This document shows positions 1 through 7,525 of a stretch of DNA of 56,665 bases, in pieces. The stretch's first letter is position 1. Each line of letters starts with the position of its first letter. The translations under genes were made by a program, and so were the position numbers. This DNA comes from a virus, in the IMG/VR virus record IMGVR_UViG_3300035039_000184; one strand, 5' to 3'. Under the pieces are notes generated by a model that saw nothing but the letters and a program-made list of their open reading frames with translations, was not told the origin of the DNA and made no database searches.

Positions 1-127
1 CGGCACAGGTTCAGGATTAGACGCAGACCTGCTGGATGGACAACATGCGTCTCATTTTGATGATGCGATAAATACTAAGGTTAATACATCGGACTACGAA
101 GATTTGGACGTGCTCAACAAGGTAAAG
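1..127. repeat. terminal overlap identical to 56539..56665 (circularisation signature of the assembly)
   Basis: cggcacaggttcagg...caacaaggtaaag occurs at both window ends. 127 nt is a common assembler k-mer length, so this is treated as an overlap of a circular or permuted genome, not a biological DTR. Confidence 0.85.
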
Positions 128-439
128 GCTGTTGACGGCGCAGGCTCCGGTCTCGACGCAGACTTGCTGGATGGTGTAGGTGGTGATGGTTATGCAACAA
201 GACCAACATCAAGCACTTTTCCTGTTGGATCTGTAGCTCTTTGTGTGTCTTCATCAAGTACTAATATATACAATGGAGGCACTGTCGCTGGTTCTCTTTT
301 ATATCTTATGGTAGGAGACACCGCTGCTAACGGAATCTATGCTACTGATGACTCTCAATCCGGTACGTGGAAAAATATAAGTGGAAGAACCTCATATTCT
401 GATGGGGTTAATACAGGATATTTTGTACGCATTGCTTAA
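2..439 (+). CDS. tail fibre protein, C-terminal part (continuation of 55886..56665 across the junction; the start at 104 in the ORF track is an artefact)
   Basis: The frame is open from nt 2. Translation GTGSGLDADLLDGQHASHFDDAINTKVNTSDYEDLDVLNKVK equals the repeat unit at the window end. The GSGLDADLLDG motif is typical of phage fibres. Confidence 0.75.
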   Translation, partial: GTGSGLDADLLDGQHASHFDDAINTKVNTSDYEDLDVLNKVKAVDGAGSGLDADLLDGVGGDGYATRPTSSTFPVGSVALCVSSSSTNIYNGGTVAGSLLYLMVGDTAANGIYATDDSQSGTWKNISGRTSYSDGVNTGYFVRIA

Positions 440-450
440 GGAGGGATATT

Positions 451-972
451 ATGAATTTTCTTAGAATCAAAAATCCAATTTACATTGACTCTACAAGAAT
501 AGATTTAACTATAGAAACAGATGAAGGAGATTTACCCTTTACCTATGATCCTGACGATACAGAACAAGCCTCGCTTTGGGTAAAAGAAAATATTGACCTT
601 ACACAAGTTTCTCCATATGTAGCACCTGTATATCCTATTGAACTATTAAAAGAAAAGAAGAAAAACGAAATAGCCAACGCACGTTACGAAGAAGAAGTGT
701 CCGGCTATGTCTTCAAAGGTCAGACCTTTCACTCCGACAGGCAATCGCAGGATAGAATATTTCAGGCGTATATGGCGAGTCTTAATGACTCAACTTTTGC
801 ACAGACGTGGAAGACAAAGGATGGCTGGGCGGAAATGACTGCTACGGATTTTGTGAATTTGTACAACGAGTTCCAGACGTTTTTGCAGGGGTTATATCTA
901 AAAGAAAAGGGCCTTCAGGATCAGATAGATTTAGCTACAACTCCAGAGGAACTTAATCAGATATCATGGTAG
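451..972 (+). CDS. tail-fibre assembly/chaperone-like protein (DUF4376-like C-terminal half)
   Basis: SD aaggaggg lies 5 nt upstream and the gene directly follows the fibre gene. The pattern KNEIANARYEEEVSGYVFKGQTFHSDRQSQDRI...WKTKDGW..MTATDF resembles DUF4376 proteins found next to phage fibres. Confidence 0.5.
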   Translation: MNFLRIKNPIYIDSTRIDLTIETDEGDLPFTYDPDDTEQASLWVKENIDLTQVSPYVAPVYPIELLKEKKKNEIANARYEEEVSGYVFKGQTFHSDRQSQDRIFQAYMASLNDSTFAQTWKTKDGWAEMTATDFVNLYNEFQTFLQGLYLKEKGLQDQIDLATTPEELNQISW

Positions 973-1304
973 TTTTGTATTTACCTTTACTCTGGATACT
1001 GCACGAAGGTGGTCATTGGCTGGCATGTTACGTGATATGCAGAAAAAGTCTTAAGTTTACATGGCACTTTGAGTATGAGTTTATTCCGGTGGGACTTTGG
1101 TACATGCCACACGGACTTACGAAACATCAGAAGAACATAATATGGGCTTCAGGTTTTGGTCTTGAATTTCTGGCTATCCCCTTTTTACCTTGGGTATACG
1201 GGCTTTGTGCGGTAATACATTTTGCGACGTATTTTTTAAGGTGTGATAATGCAGAAGCAGAGTTTTGGTTAAGACTTTTAAAAATAGAGAGGTGGTTTAA
1301 ATGA
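966..1304 (+). CDS. small polytopic membrane protein with zincin-like HExxH motif (LHEGGHWLA)
   Basis: ATG overlaps the upstream stop (ATGGTAG). There are 3-4 hydrophobic segments, and HEGGH lies inside the first hydrophobic stretch, as in intramembrane zincin/M50-like or DUF3267-like proteins. Confidence 0.45.
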   Translation: MVVLYLPLLWILHEGGHWLACYVICRKSLKFTWHFEYEFIPVGLWYMPHGLTKHQKNIIWASGFGLEFLAIPFLPWVYGLCAVIHFATYFLRCDNAEAEFWLRLLKIERWFK

Positions 1305-1783
1305 GTGATCTGACAGCAAAAATGATAAAAGATGGAAACGGAGATCTTGTACCACAGTATTACGGAGCTGACGGCCAATTTCACGTACTTAAGGGTGGAG
1401 ACGGCAGCACCGGAACAACGATAACAAACACAAGTCCTATAGATGTAGAGGTTTCCAACACTTCACCAATAGACGTCAACACTTCCGTTACCATTGCCCC
1501 AGATACATTCGGAGCCGCCCCCGTTGTCGGACAGCACACAATAACATCTGTGGCATCAGAGGTGTTTGCAGATAGCTCGGCAAAGGCGAACCGCACGAGG
1601 ATGGAGATAACAAACATGGGTGACATAGACATCTACGTCGGTCCGTCAGGAGTAACAGCGGATAACGGGCTCCCCATCTTTCCACTTGAGACGAGGGAAT
1701 TCAAGTTCAGCTCCGACACTGCGGTAGCAATATATGCGATAAGCCCCGGCAAGTCTGTTGTATGCCGGGTACTGGAGGTGTAA
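1301..1783 (+). CDS. hypothetical virion-associated protein
   Basis: 160-aa ORF with ATGA overlap to the upstream gene. It has an internal NTSPIDV(E/N) duplication and a beta-rich composition. No family recognised. Confidence 0.5.
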   Translation: MSDLTAKMIKDGNGDLVPQYYGADGQFHVLKGGDGSTGTTITNTSPIDVEVSNTSPIDVNTSVTIAPDTFGAAPVVGQHTITSVASEVFADSSAKANRTRMEITNMGDIDIYVGPSGVTADNGLPIFPLETREFKFSSDTAVAIYAISPGKSVVCRVLEV

Positions 1784-1786
1784 GGC

Positions 1787-2044
1787 ATGGACGTTAAAGT
1801 TATGAGCATAGATGCAAAGAGCAAACCGGAGATAAACCGTGTGTCTGTCGACATCGATGAAAGAGGAGTAAAGCTTCACGGAGAGTGCAACGTATCAGGT
1901 AATGACGCTCAGGCAAGGATAGTTGCACGTGCCCTTGAAAGGGACATGAGAATAAACCACCATGCAAAGTTCCCGATACCCGAACCGGAGCCGATGGAAG
2001 AATTTGAAGAGATGGAATCATCTCTCATAAAGGAGGTAAAGTGA
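1787..2044 (+). CDS. hypothetical protein
   Basis: 85-aa ORF tightly packed between neighbours (3 nt after the upstream stop, 1 nt before the next ATG). Confidence 0.5.
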   Translation: MDVKVMSIDAKSKPEINRVSVDIDERGVKLHGECNVSGNDAQARIVARALERDMRINHHAKFPIPEPEPMEEFEEMESSLIKEVK

Positions 2045-2045
2045 A

Positions 2046-3326
2046 ATGACCGTACATATCCCTGAAGTAAAATGCGTCCTTGGTGAGTCGCTTGCAATGC
2101 AGGACGCGTGGCGTAGAGCCTTTGAGTCTGCGCTTGTTGACAGATTTAAAGAGCTCGGAGCAGACGGATTTGCGAGTGCTGACGAGCGGGCAGAGTGGAC
2201 TGCTAAAATGCAGATTCTCAGCGGTGGCAAGAATACTATAAAGTGGGTAAATGACGGAGCTACTACTCCATTATATTTTCCGTCCATCATGGTTAAATTC
2301 CCGGCCGTAAGGATCAAAGACGTTCTCCAGAACAGCACAAACGAGAACCTGCATCCAGCTTTCATCGTTGGTAGCACGATTTATCCTGAGTTTTACGCTG
2401 GCAAGTATCAGGCCTACAGCATAACATCAAACGCAAAGGATATCGGCCTGTCTCTTTACGGTGTGGACCCGAAAACGAGTATTGACTTTGATGACAGTTT
2501 TACACTGTGCGGAAACGGCGGAACGGGGCATCATCTCATCACAAACGCAGAGTGGGCACTGATTTCATTACTCGCAAAGAACATTAATTCGTATCAGCCC
2601 AAGGGCAACAACTCCTACGGCAAGGATTACCAAGACCCAGACGACCTGAGATACTACGGGATCCCTACATATATTAGTGGAGACAGAATAGCCCGTGTAG
2701 GTTGTGGAACCGGTCCGGTATCGTGGGCACATGATGGCACGCCGTGGGGAGTCTATGACTTAAACGGAAACATCTATGAATACTGTTCAGGGCTAAGACT
2801 CGGAGCTGGTGAAATTAACATCATCAAAAACAACGACGCCGCTGACAGCACAATAGATGTATCCCGTGATTCAGCACTCTGGCAGGGTATATTACCTGAC
2901 GGCACACTCGTTACTCCCGAGACTACATTTATAAGTGACTCAGATGAAACACCTACTCTCGATCCAGCTAACGCAACTTTAAAGTATGACGGAACTATGC
3001 CTATCTCTGTTGTGACAGCAATAACGGTAAGACATACAGGTACAGAATCATCGTCTAATCCATTTGACGATGTATCAGGTACGAGCCTGCCAGAGATTGC
3101 ATCAAGCCTGTGTGTTGCCCCTGAAGTGTCCGGCAACAACAAGCATGGCGGAGATTATTTTTACATGCGGAATCAGTTGAGCGGTAGTTATAGCGAGACC
3201 CTCGCTCGCCGTGGTGGCCATTGGTACAGTGTTAGCCGCGGGGGTGTGTTCAACCTCCTTCTGAGCGACACCCGGTCTAACTCGTCCATCACCTTCGGGG
3301 CTCGCCCAGCTTTTGTGAATCTGTGA
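2046..3326 (+). CDS. Mtd-like receptor-binding protein with FGE-sulfatase/C-type-lectin fold and DGR-type variable C-terminus
   Basis: Motifs HLITNAEWALISLLA, WGVYDLNGNIYEYCSG and RRGGHWYSVSRGGVFNLLLSDTRSNSSITFGARPAF-stop match the FGE-sulfatase/CLec pattern of DGR target proteins. The position after the fibre genes and before an avd-like ORF matches mtd in phage BPP-1. Confidence 0.75.
   Translation: MTVHIPEVKCVLGESLAMQDAWRRAFESALVDRFKELGADGFASADERAEWTAKMQILSGGKNTIKWVNDGATTPLYFPSIMVKFPAVRIKDVLQNSTNENLHPAFIVGSTIYPEFYAGKYQAYSITSNAKDIGLSLYGVDPKTSIDFDDSFTLCGNGGTGHHLITNAEWALISLLAKNINSYQPKGNNSYGKDYQDPDDLRYYGIPTYISGDRIARVGCGTGPVSWAHDGTPWGVYDLNGNIYEYCSGLRLGAGEINIIKNNDAADSTIDVSRDSALWQGILPDGTLVTPETTFISDSDETPTLDPANATLKYDGTMPISVVTAITVRHTGTESSSNPFDDVSGTSLPEIASSLCVAPEVSGNNKHGGDYFYMRNQLSGSYSETLARRGGHWYSVSRGGVFNLLLSDTRSNSSITFGARPAFVNL
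3205..3326 (+). other. putative DGR variable region (VR) with GC-rich IMH-like 3' end (ttcggggctcgccc, 3294-3307)
   Basis: It encodes the RGGxW...FGAR segment where DGR VRs lie. No matching template repeat was found, so the boundaries are approximate. Confidence 0.5.
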
Positions 3327-3348
3327 TCTGTTTTTGTGATTATCTGGT

Positions 3349-3606
3349 ATGGTTTTTGTTTTGGATAATCTAATAATCAGGAAAAAACTTGAGGATGTGA
3401 TAGAGTACGCTTATTGCGTCTTTAGGCATTTCCCTAAATCTGAGAGATTTACACTTGTTGCTGATATGAAGAGAAGCCTTGTGAAAATGCTTGAGCTGAT
3501 TATCCGGGCCAATAACTGGGCGTCGTTTCTGGGGTATATGAAGCACTGCTCGGGGATGATGACGGTTAGGGCCGCTGGCAGAGAAATGAAAATAAAATCA
3601 ACATAA
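3349..3606 (+). pseudogene. avd: truncated avd (DGR accessory variability determinant) remnant, possibly fused to the 3' tail of a deleted reverse transcriptase gene
   Basis: There is no SD. The first ~57 aa (LIIRKKLEDVIEYAYCVFRHFPKSERFTLVADMKRSLVKMLELIIRANN) match the Avd four-helix-bundle consensus (FPKxE(K/R)FxL...IRAN). From ~3515 the sequence switches to WASFLGYMKHCSG.., which resembles a DGR RT C-terminus. Full Avd proteins are ~110-130 aa. Confidence 0.65.
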
Positions 3607-3607
3607 G

Positions 3608-3636
3608 GGCAGGAGCCTTCGGGCTCCTTTTTTATT
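3608..3636 (+). terminator. rho-independent terminator
   Basis: Stem aggagcc/ggctcct with loop ttcg, followed by tttttatt. Confidence 0.7.
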
Positions 3637-3662
3637 TCCCGAAAAAGAGGGGAGGTGTTCTC

Positions 3663-4904
3663 ATGGTTGGAAGTATCGATCCGATGTACGAGCTCTGGAG
3701 ACAGACCTTCCTCAATAGTGGGTATTCAAAAACTCCCACTGTTGATGGACAGCCGTACTATTTTTCTATAGATCCCATCGAGATGTACAAGATCGAACAG
3801 GAAAAGAAGGAAGAGGAAAAGAAAAAAGAGACAGGCAATTCAATAGATCCCATGCAGAGAGAATACGGAAGAGGCCCGGATCTCGATAAATACGGCAACA
3901 GGATGGACGCAAGGGATACACCCTATGCCTACGAGCCTGAATACTGGCATTCCGATGCCTGGGCTCCGGATTACTCTCTGGGCGATTACGCGAAGACGGC
4001 AGGATACGGTCTCGGACTCCTGAAGACCGGGAAGGGGCTTATGTCAAATATTCTCGGGCTTAATCCATTGAGCAACCCTCTGAACGATCCTGGGAATATC
4101 GAGGGCATAAGTCAGATGGGCTCTGCCTACGGATTCGATCCTGACCTGATGAAGACTGCAATTGCAAACGTTTACGCAGGTCCAGGAAGCTCGGACGCAA
4201 AGGCTCCATCTGGAATTCTCGACGGAATTATCGGAGGATTTTCCGACATAGCAAAGGACGGACTGTCTGGTTTTGGAAACTTCACAGATGCGGAGATCTT
4301 CGCAAACGACACAATAAGAGGTCTTCTCGGAATGACCACAGACAAGTGGGGCGATTACAACTGGGCAGATATGGGCTATACCACTTTCGATCCGGCAAAG
4401 GCAGGGGCCGTAAACTGGGGGAACATAGATCCTCACAACGCGAGCCAGCTCATGGATGCCTACGAAGCGAGGTCAGAAAGGACCGGAACAGGAATGCCAA
4501 GTCCCATTGAAGTTGGAATACATTCGAGACTTATAGGAGACGAGCCATATCCGGGATTCAAGAAGCTCATGGAGGAGCGGCTCGCAAACTCCGACGACGG
4601 AGATCCCACAAATAACGCAGGATTCAAACAGGCGGCAGCTGCAAAAGCGGCTAAAGACTCAGGACTGAATGACATGATGGATAAGCCGCTCGACCAGTGG
4701 GACAACGACACGATAGACAACTACATAGACAGGAGAGCAGATCTGCAAGATGACGGAAAACGGAACAGCAGCAATAACAACGGTGGAGGAAACGGCGGAA
4801 GTAACACCAACTCCGGAGGCAACAACAGAGGAAGCGGAAGAGGTGCTTCTGTTGGGGTAGGATCAAACGGACGAGGCAGCGAGGGAGACTATGGGTTCCA
4901 TTAA
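3663..4904 (+). CDS. hypothetical internal-virion/ejection-type protein (low complexity, G/N/S-rich C-terminus)
   Basis: SD ggggagg is upstream. 413-aa ORF with a compositionally biased tail (NSSNNNGGGNGGSNTNSGGNNRGSGRG), located upstream of the giant gene. Confidence 0.5.
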   Translation: MVGSIDPMYELWRQTFLNSGYSKTPTVDGQPYYFSIDPIEMYKIEQEKKEEEKKKETGNSIDPMQREYGRGPDLDKYGNRMDARDTPYAYEPEYWHSDAWAPDYSLGDYAKTAGYGLGLLKTGKGLMSNILGLNPLSNPLNDPGNIEGISQMGSAYGFDPDLMKTAIANVYAGPGSSDAKAPSGILDGIIGGFSDIAKDGLSGFGNFTDAEIFANDTIRGLLGMTTDKWGDYNWADMGYTTFDPAKAGAVNWGNIDPHNASQLMDAYEARSERTGTGMPSPIEVGIHSRLIGDEPYPGFKKLMEERLANSDDGDPTNNAGFKQAAAAKAAKDSGLNDMMDKPLDQWDNDTIDNYIDRRADLQDDGKRNSSNNNGGGNGGSNTNSGGNNRGSGRGASVGVGSNGRGSEGDYGFH

Positions 4905-4916
4905 GAGGTGAATTAA

Positions 4917-5186
4917 ATGGCAGGAATATTTGAAACTCTTTTTAAAACGCAGGAGGGCAAGAAATATCTAAGCCAGAACCCTTCGGATGGAGGATTATCT
5001 AATGATAACAATCCTGGAGGTTATATGCCACCCACAGTCGATTGGTTTCATAACTTTCGTCCTGGCTCTACTAAAACAGGACCTCCTGATCGTAGTATGC
5101 AAGAAATGGTAGATCTATTTAACATTCCTAAATATACTCAAGATGTTCTACATGCACAGCCAACTTACATGACCAACGCTACCTGA
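4917..5186 (+). CDS. hypothetical protein
   Basis: 89-aa ORF with SD aagaggtga upstream. Confidence 0.5.
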   Translation: MAGIFETLFKTQEGKKYLSQNPSDGGLSNDNNPGGYMPPTVDWFHNFRPGSTKTGPPDRSMQEMVDLFNIPKYTQDVLHAQPTYMTNAT

Positions 5187-5255
5187 AGAACTCCGGCTCC
5201 AGCCAACTGGACAATAAACTCCTTCGGGAATAACACATCATCGGGAGGTGATTGA

Positions 5256-6401
5256 ATGTCATTTGATCCTAAAAAAGTGCCGGAGACACCTCAGGGATCT
5301 TCCGGCGAGACCTTTGATCCAAACAAGGATTGGCTTCTGAAATTCCTTCCTCAGGATCTCGGATTCATGGACAACCTGTTCAAAAATCAGGTTGCCACAG
5401 CTTCACAGCAGAATCAGAACGCTATAGGAAGCATGGAAAACGCTATGAACAATGTGTCAAATGTAAACCAGACCTACAATAAATTCCTCCCCGGAGCGAG
5501 AGACGAGATGCTCGGAGGAATGGGAAGTGCCATGTCCGGATACGGGAACACGGCCAACCAGGCCACCGGAACACTGCAATCAGGAAAGAACGACCTTTCT
5601 TCAGGATATAACAACGCCACCGGGACCTATCAGAACTTCCTGAATCAGGCTCTCGGAACGGCAGGACAGTCGACCGGCAACTATACGGACATGATAAACA
5701 ACCTGACTATTCCACAGGGAGCAAACGACACGCTGAACAAGATGCTTGAAAACCAGAGAACGAATGTCGAAAGGTCCGTGAGGAACAACGCAAATCAGCT
5801 CGGCAAGAACTGGCTTGAGGGAATGGGAGCAAGAAACATGATCGACAGCTCGAGGTTTGTCAATGGAGTAACCGACATAACTAACAACGCGAATGCCGAA
5901 CTTGCTGCAATAAATCGTGACCTTGAGAACGCCATTCTCTCTAAGAAGCTGCAGCTGCCCTTTGATATCGCAAAGCAGGGACATGGCATGAATCAGGACC
6001 TTGTTAACCTTCTTGAATCTGGAGGACGTGGAATTTCCGAACTTCAGGCGAGAGGGGCAGAGCAGGGATATCAGGCCGATTCGGACATTGCCCAGCTTCT
6101 CAATCAGAGTGGGCTTAATCTTGCAGAGATGGGCTTTAACCAGGGAGAGGCGGCATATCAGTCTGCATCTGACGCATATAAACAGCTTCTTGGAGGAGCT
6201 ATGCAGGAGGCTGAGCTTCCGGCACGGTATATGCAGATGGTCAACGACGCACCGTACTGGGCACATCAGGGACAGACAGGGTACATGGACAACATGATGA
6301 ACATCTGGAAGATGCTTCTTGAGAAACAGATCGCAGACCGACAGGCAGATATAACTGAGGATGCAAACGACAAGGGTATCGAGGACTTTATCTTTGGATA
6401 G
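5256..6401 (+). CDS. hypothetical N/Q-rich coiled-coil protein (internal virion protein candidate)
   Basis: SD gggaggtga is upstream. 381 aa, rich in N, Q, G and predicted helices. Confidence 0.5.
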   Translation: MSFDPKKVPETPQGSSGETFDPNKDWLLKFLPQDLGFMDNLFKNQVATASQQNQNAIGSMENAMNNVSNVNQTYNKFLPGARDEMLGGMGSAMSGYGNTANQATGTLQSGKNDLSSGYNNATGTYQNFLNQALGTAGQSTGNYTDMINNLTIPQGANDTLNKMLENQRTNVERSVRNNANQLGKNWLEGMGARNMIDSSRFVNGVTDITNNANAELAAINRDLENAILSKKLQLPFDIAKQGHGMNQDLVNLLESGGRGISELQARGAEQGYQADSDIAQLLNQSGLNLAEMGFNQGEAAYQSASDAYKQLLGGAMQEAELPARYMQMVNDAPYWAHQGQTGYMDNMMNIWKMLLEKQIADRQADITEDANDKGIEDFIFG

Positions 6402-6413
6402 GAGGTGTAAAAA

Positions 6414-7511
6414 TTGGCAGGACTTTTGGACTATCTTATAAGATACGGACTTAACGACGCTTCACAGAGAAACGAAGCCTCCGCAATCCGAAGCCAGAGC
6501 ATTACAGACAACAACCTCGACCTGATAAAGGAACTCGGCAGAGCTTCCATCGAGCATGGATATAAGCTTGAAGATCCGAACGAGAACCTCTCAAGCTACG
6601 GAGTGCCTCTGGACGCTATAAACGGAGTTGCAGGTCAGGCTTTTCAGAGAGTTGGAGTAGGGCCTGAAGTGGAGAGGTTTTCAACTGCAGGAATGAACAC
6701 TCCGGAGGATATTCTCGGGTCCCTTTCATACGGGGACCTCAACCGTTCGAAAGGTGGAGCAGGAGAGGACTATACACAGGCCATACTTTCAAAGATCGCT
6801 CAGACTCAGGCAAACACTCCGGGGAATATCCCCTTTCTCGGGGCCAATCCCGATGTAGGAGCCGACACATTCGGGAATATGACCTCAAATCCACAGGGTT
6901 TTCTGGACGCACTTATAAGCGGCAACGCTGATTACGATGCCAGAGAGTACGGGCAACAGGCAGGTCTTGAGAACCTGAAACACGGCAATATGGTCAACAG
7001 AATTAATCTTGAACACGGCAATATTCTCGACAGAATGAGAGTGAAAGAGGAGATGAGTGCAGGATCAGGCCAGGAAGTAAACACCAATACTGTGATTGAG
7101 AGCATCCTCGATCCGGTAGCCTCTATAAGGGCCAACGCAAGAAAGACCTTCAACGAGCAGTACCAGATGATGAAGATGACCAATCCCGACCAGGAACCTG
7201 TAATGCCAGACACCTCGGACGCAGAGAAAAGGGCTATGGAGGAAAGCTATCGACTTACCAAACTGATGTACGGAGACAGTCCCGGTGTTGACTGGAACAA
7301 GGTTGACAGGCTTATGGAAATGAGGGGAATTTCGACAAGGCCGCAGAGTGCAAATATAGCGACTCCAGAATCTGTAGACAGGATGCTGAGAGAGGCCAGA
7401 AACAGGGCAAAGGAGAGCGGAGAAACTCCACCGACAAGAACTGAAATTATTAAAAGACTTCAGGACCGAGGCTGGGTAATTCAGGAAAACACTTCAGATA
7501 TGTCCGGTTAA
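6414..7511 (+). CDS. hypothetical protein (internal virion protein candidate), TTG start
   Basis: SD ggaggtg lies 8 nt upstream of TTG. 365-aa ORF. Confidence 0.5.
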   Translation: MAGLLDYLIRYGLNDASQRNEASAIRSQSITDNNLDLIKELGRASIEHGYKLEDPNENLSSYGVPLDAINGVAGQAFQRVGVGPEVERFSTAGMNTPEDILGSLSYGDLNRSKGGAGEDYTQAILSKIAQTQANTPGNIPFLGANPDVGADTFGNMTSNPQGFLDALISGNADYDAREYGQQAGLENLKHGNMVNRINLEHGNILDRMRVKEEMSAGSGQEVNTNTVIESILDPVASIRANARKTFNEQYQMMKMTNPDQEPVMPDTSDAEKRAMEESYRLTKLMYGDSPGVDWNKVDRLMEMRGISTRPQSANIATPESVDRMLREARNRAKESGETPPTRTEIIKRLQDRGWVIQENTSDMSG

Positions 7512-7525
7512 GAGGAGAGATAGCC

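Noticed and set aside
1-127. Biological direct terminal repeat (DTR) marking genome ends.
   Set aside because: The length is exactly 127 nt, a standard assembler k-mer, and the overlap falls inside an ORF and a tandem repeat. It is interpreted as a circularisation overlap. The true termini (cos, pac or DTR) cannot be inferred.
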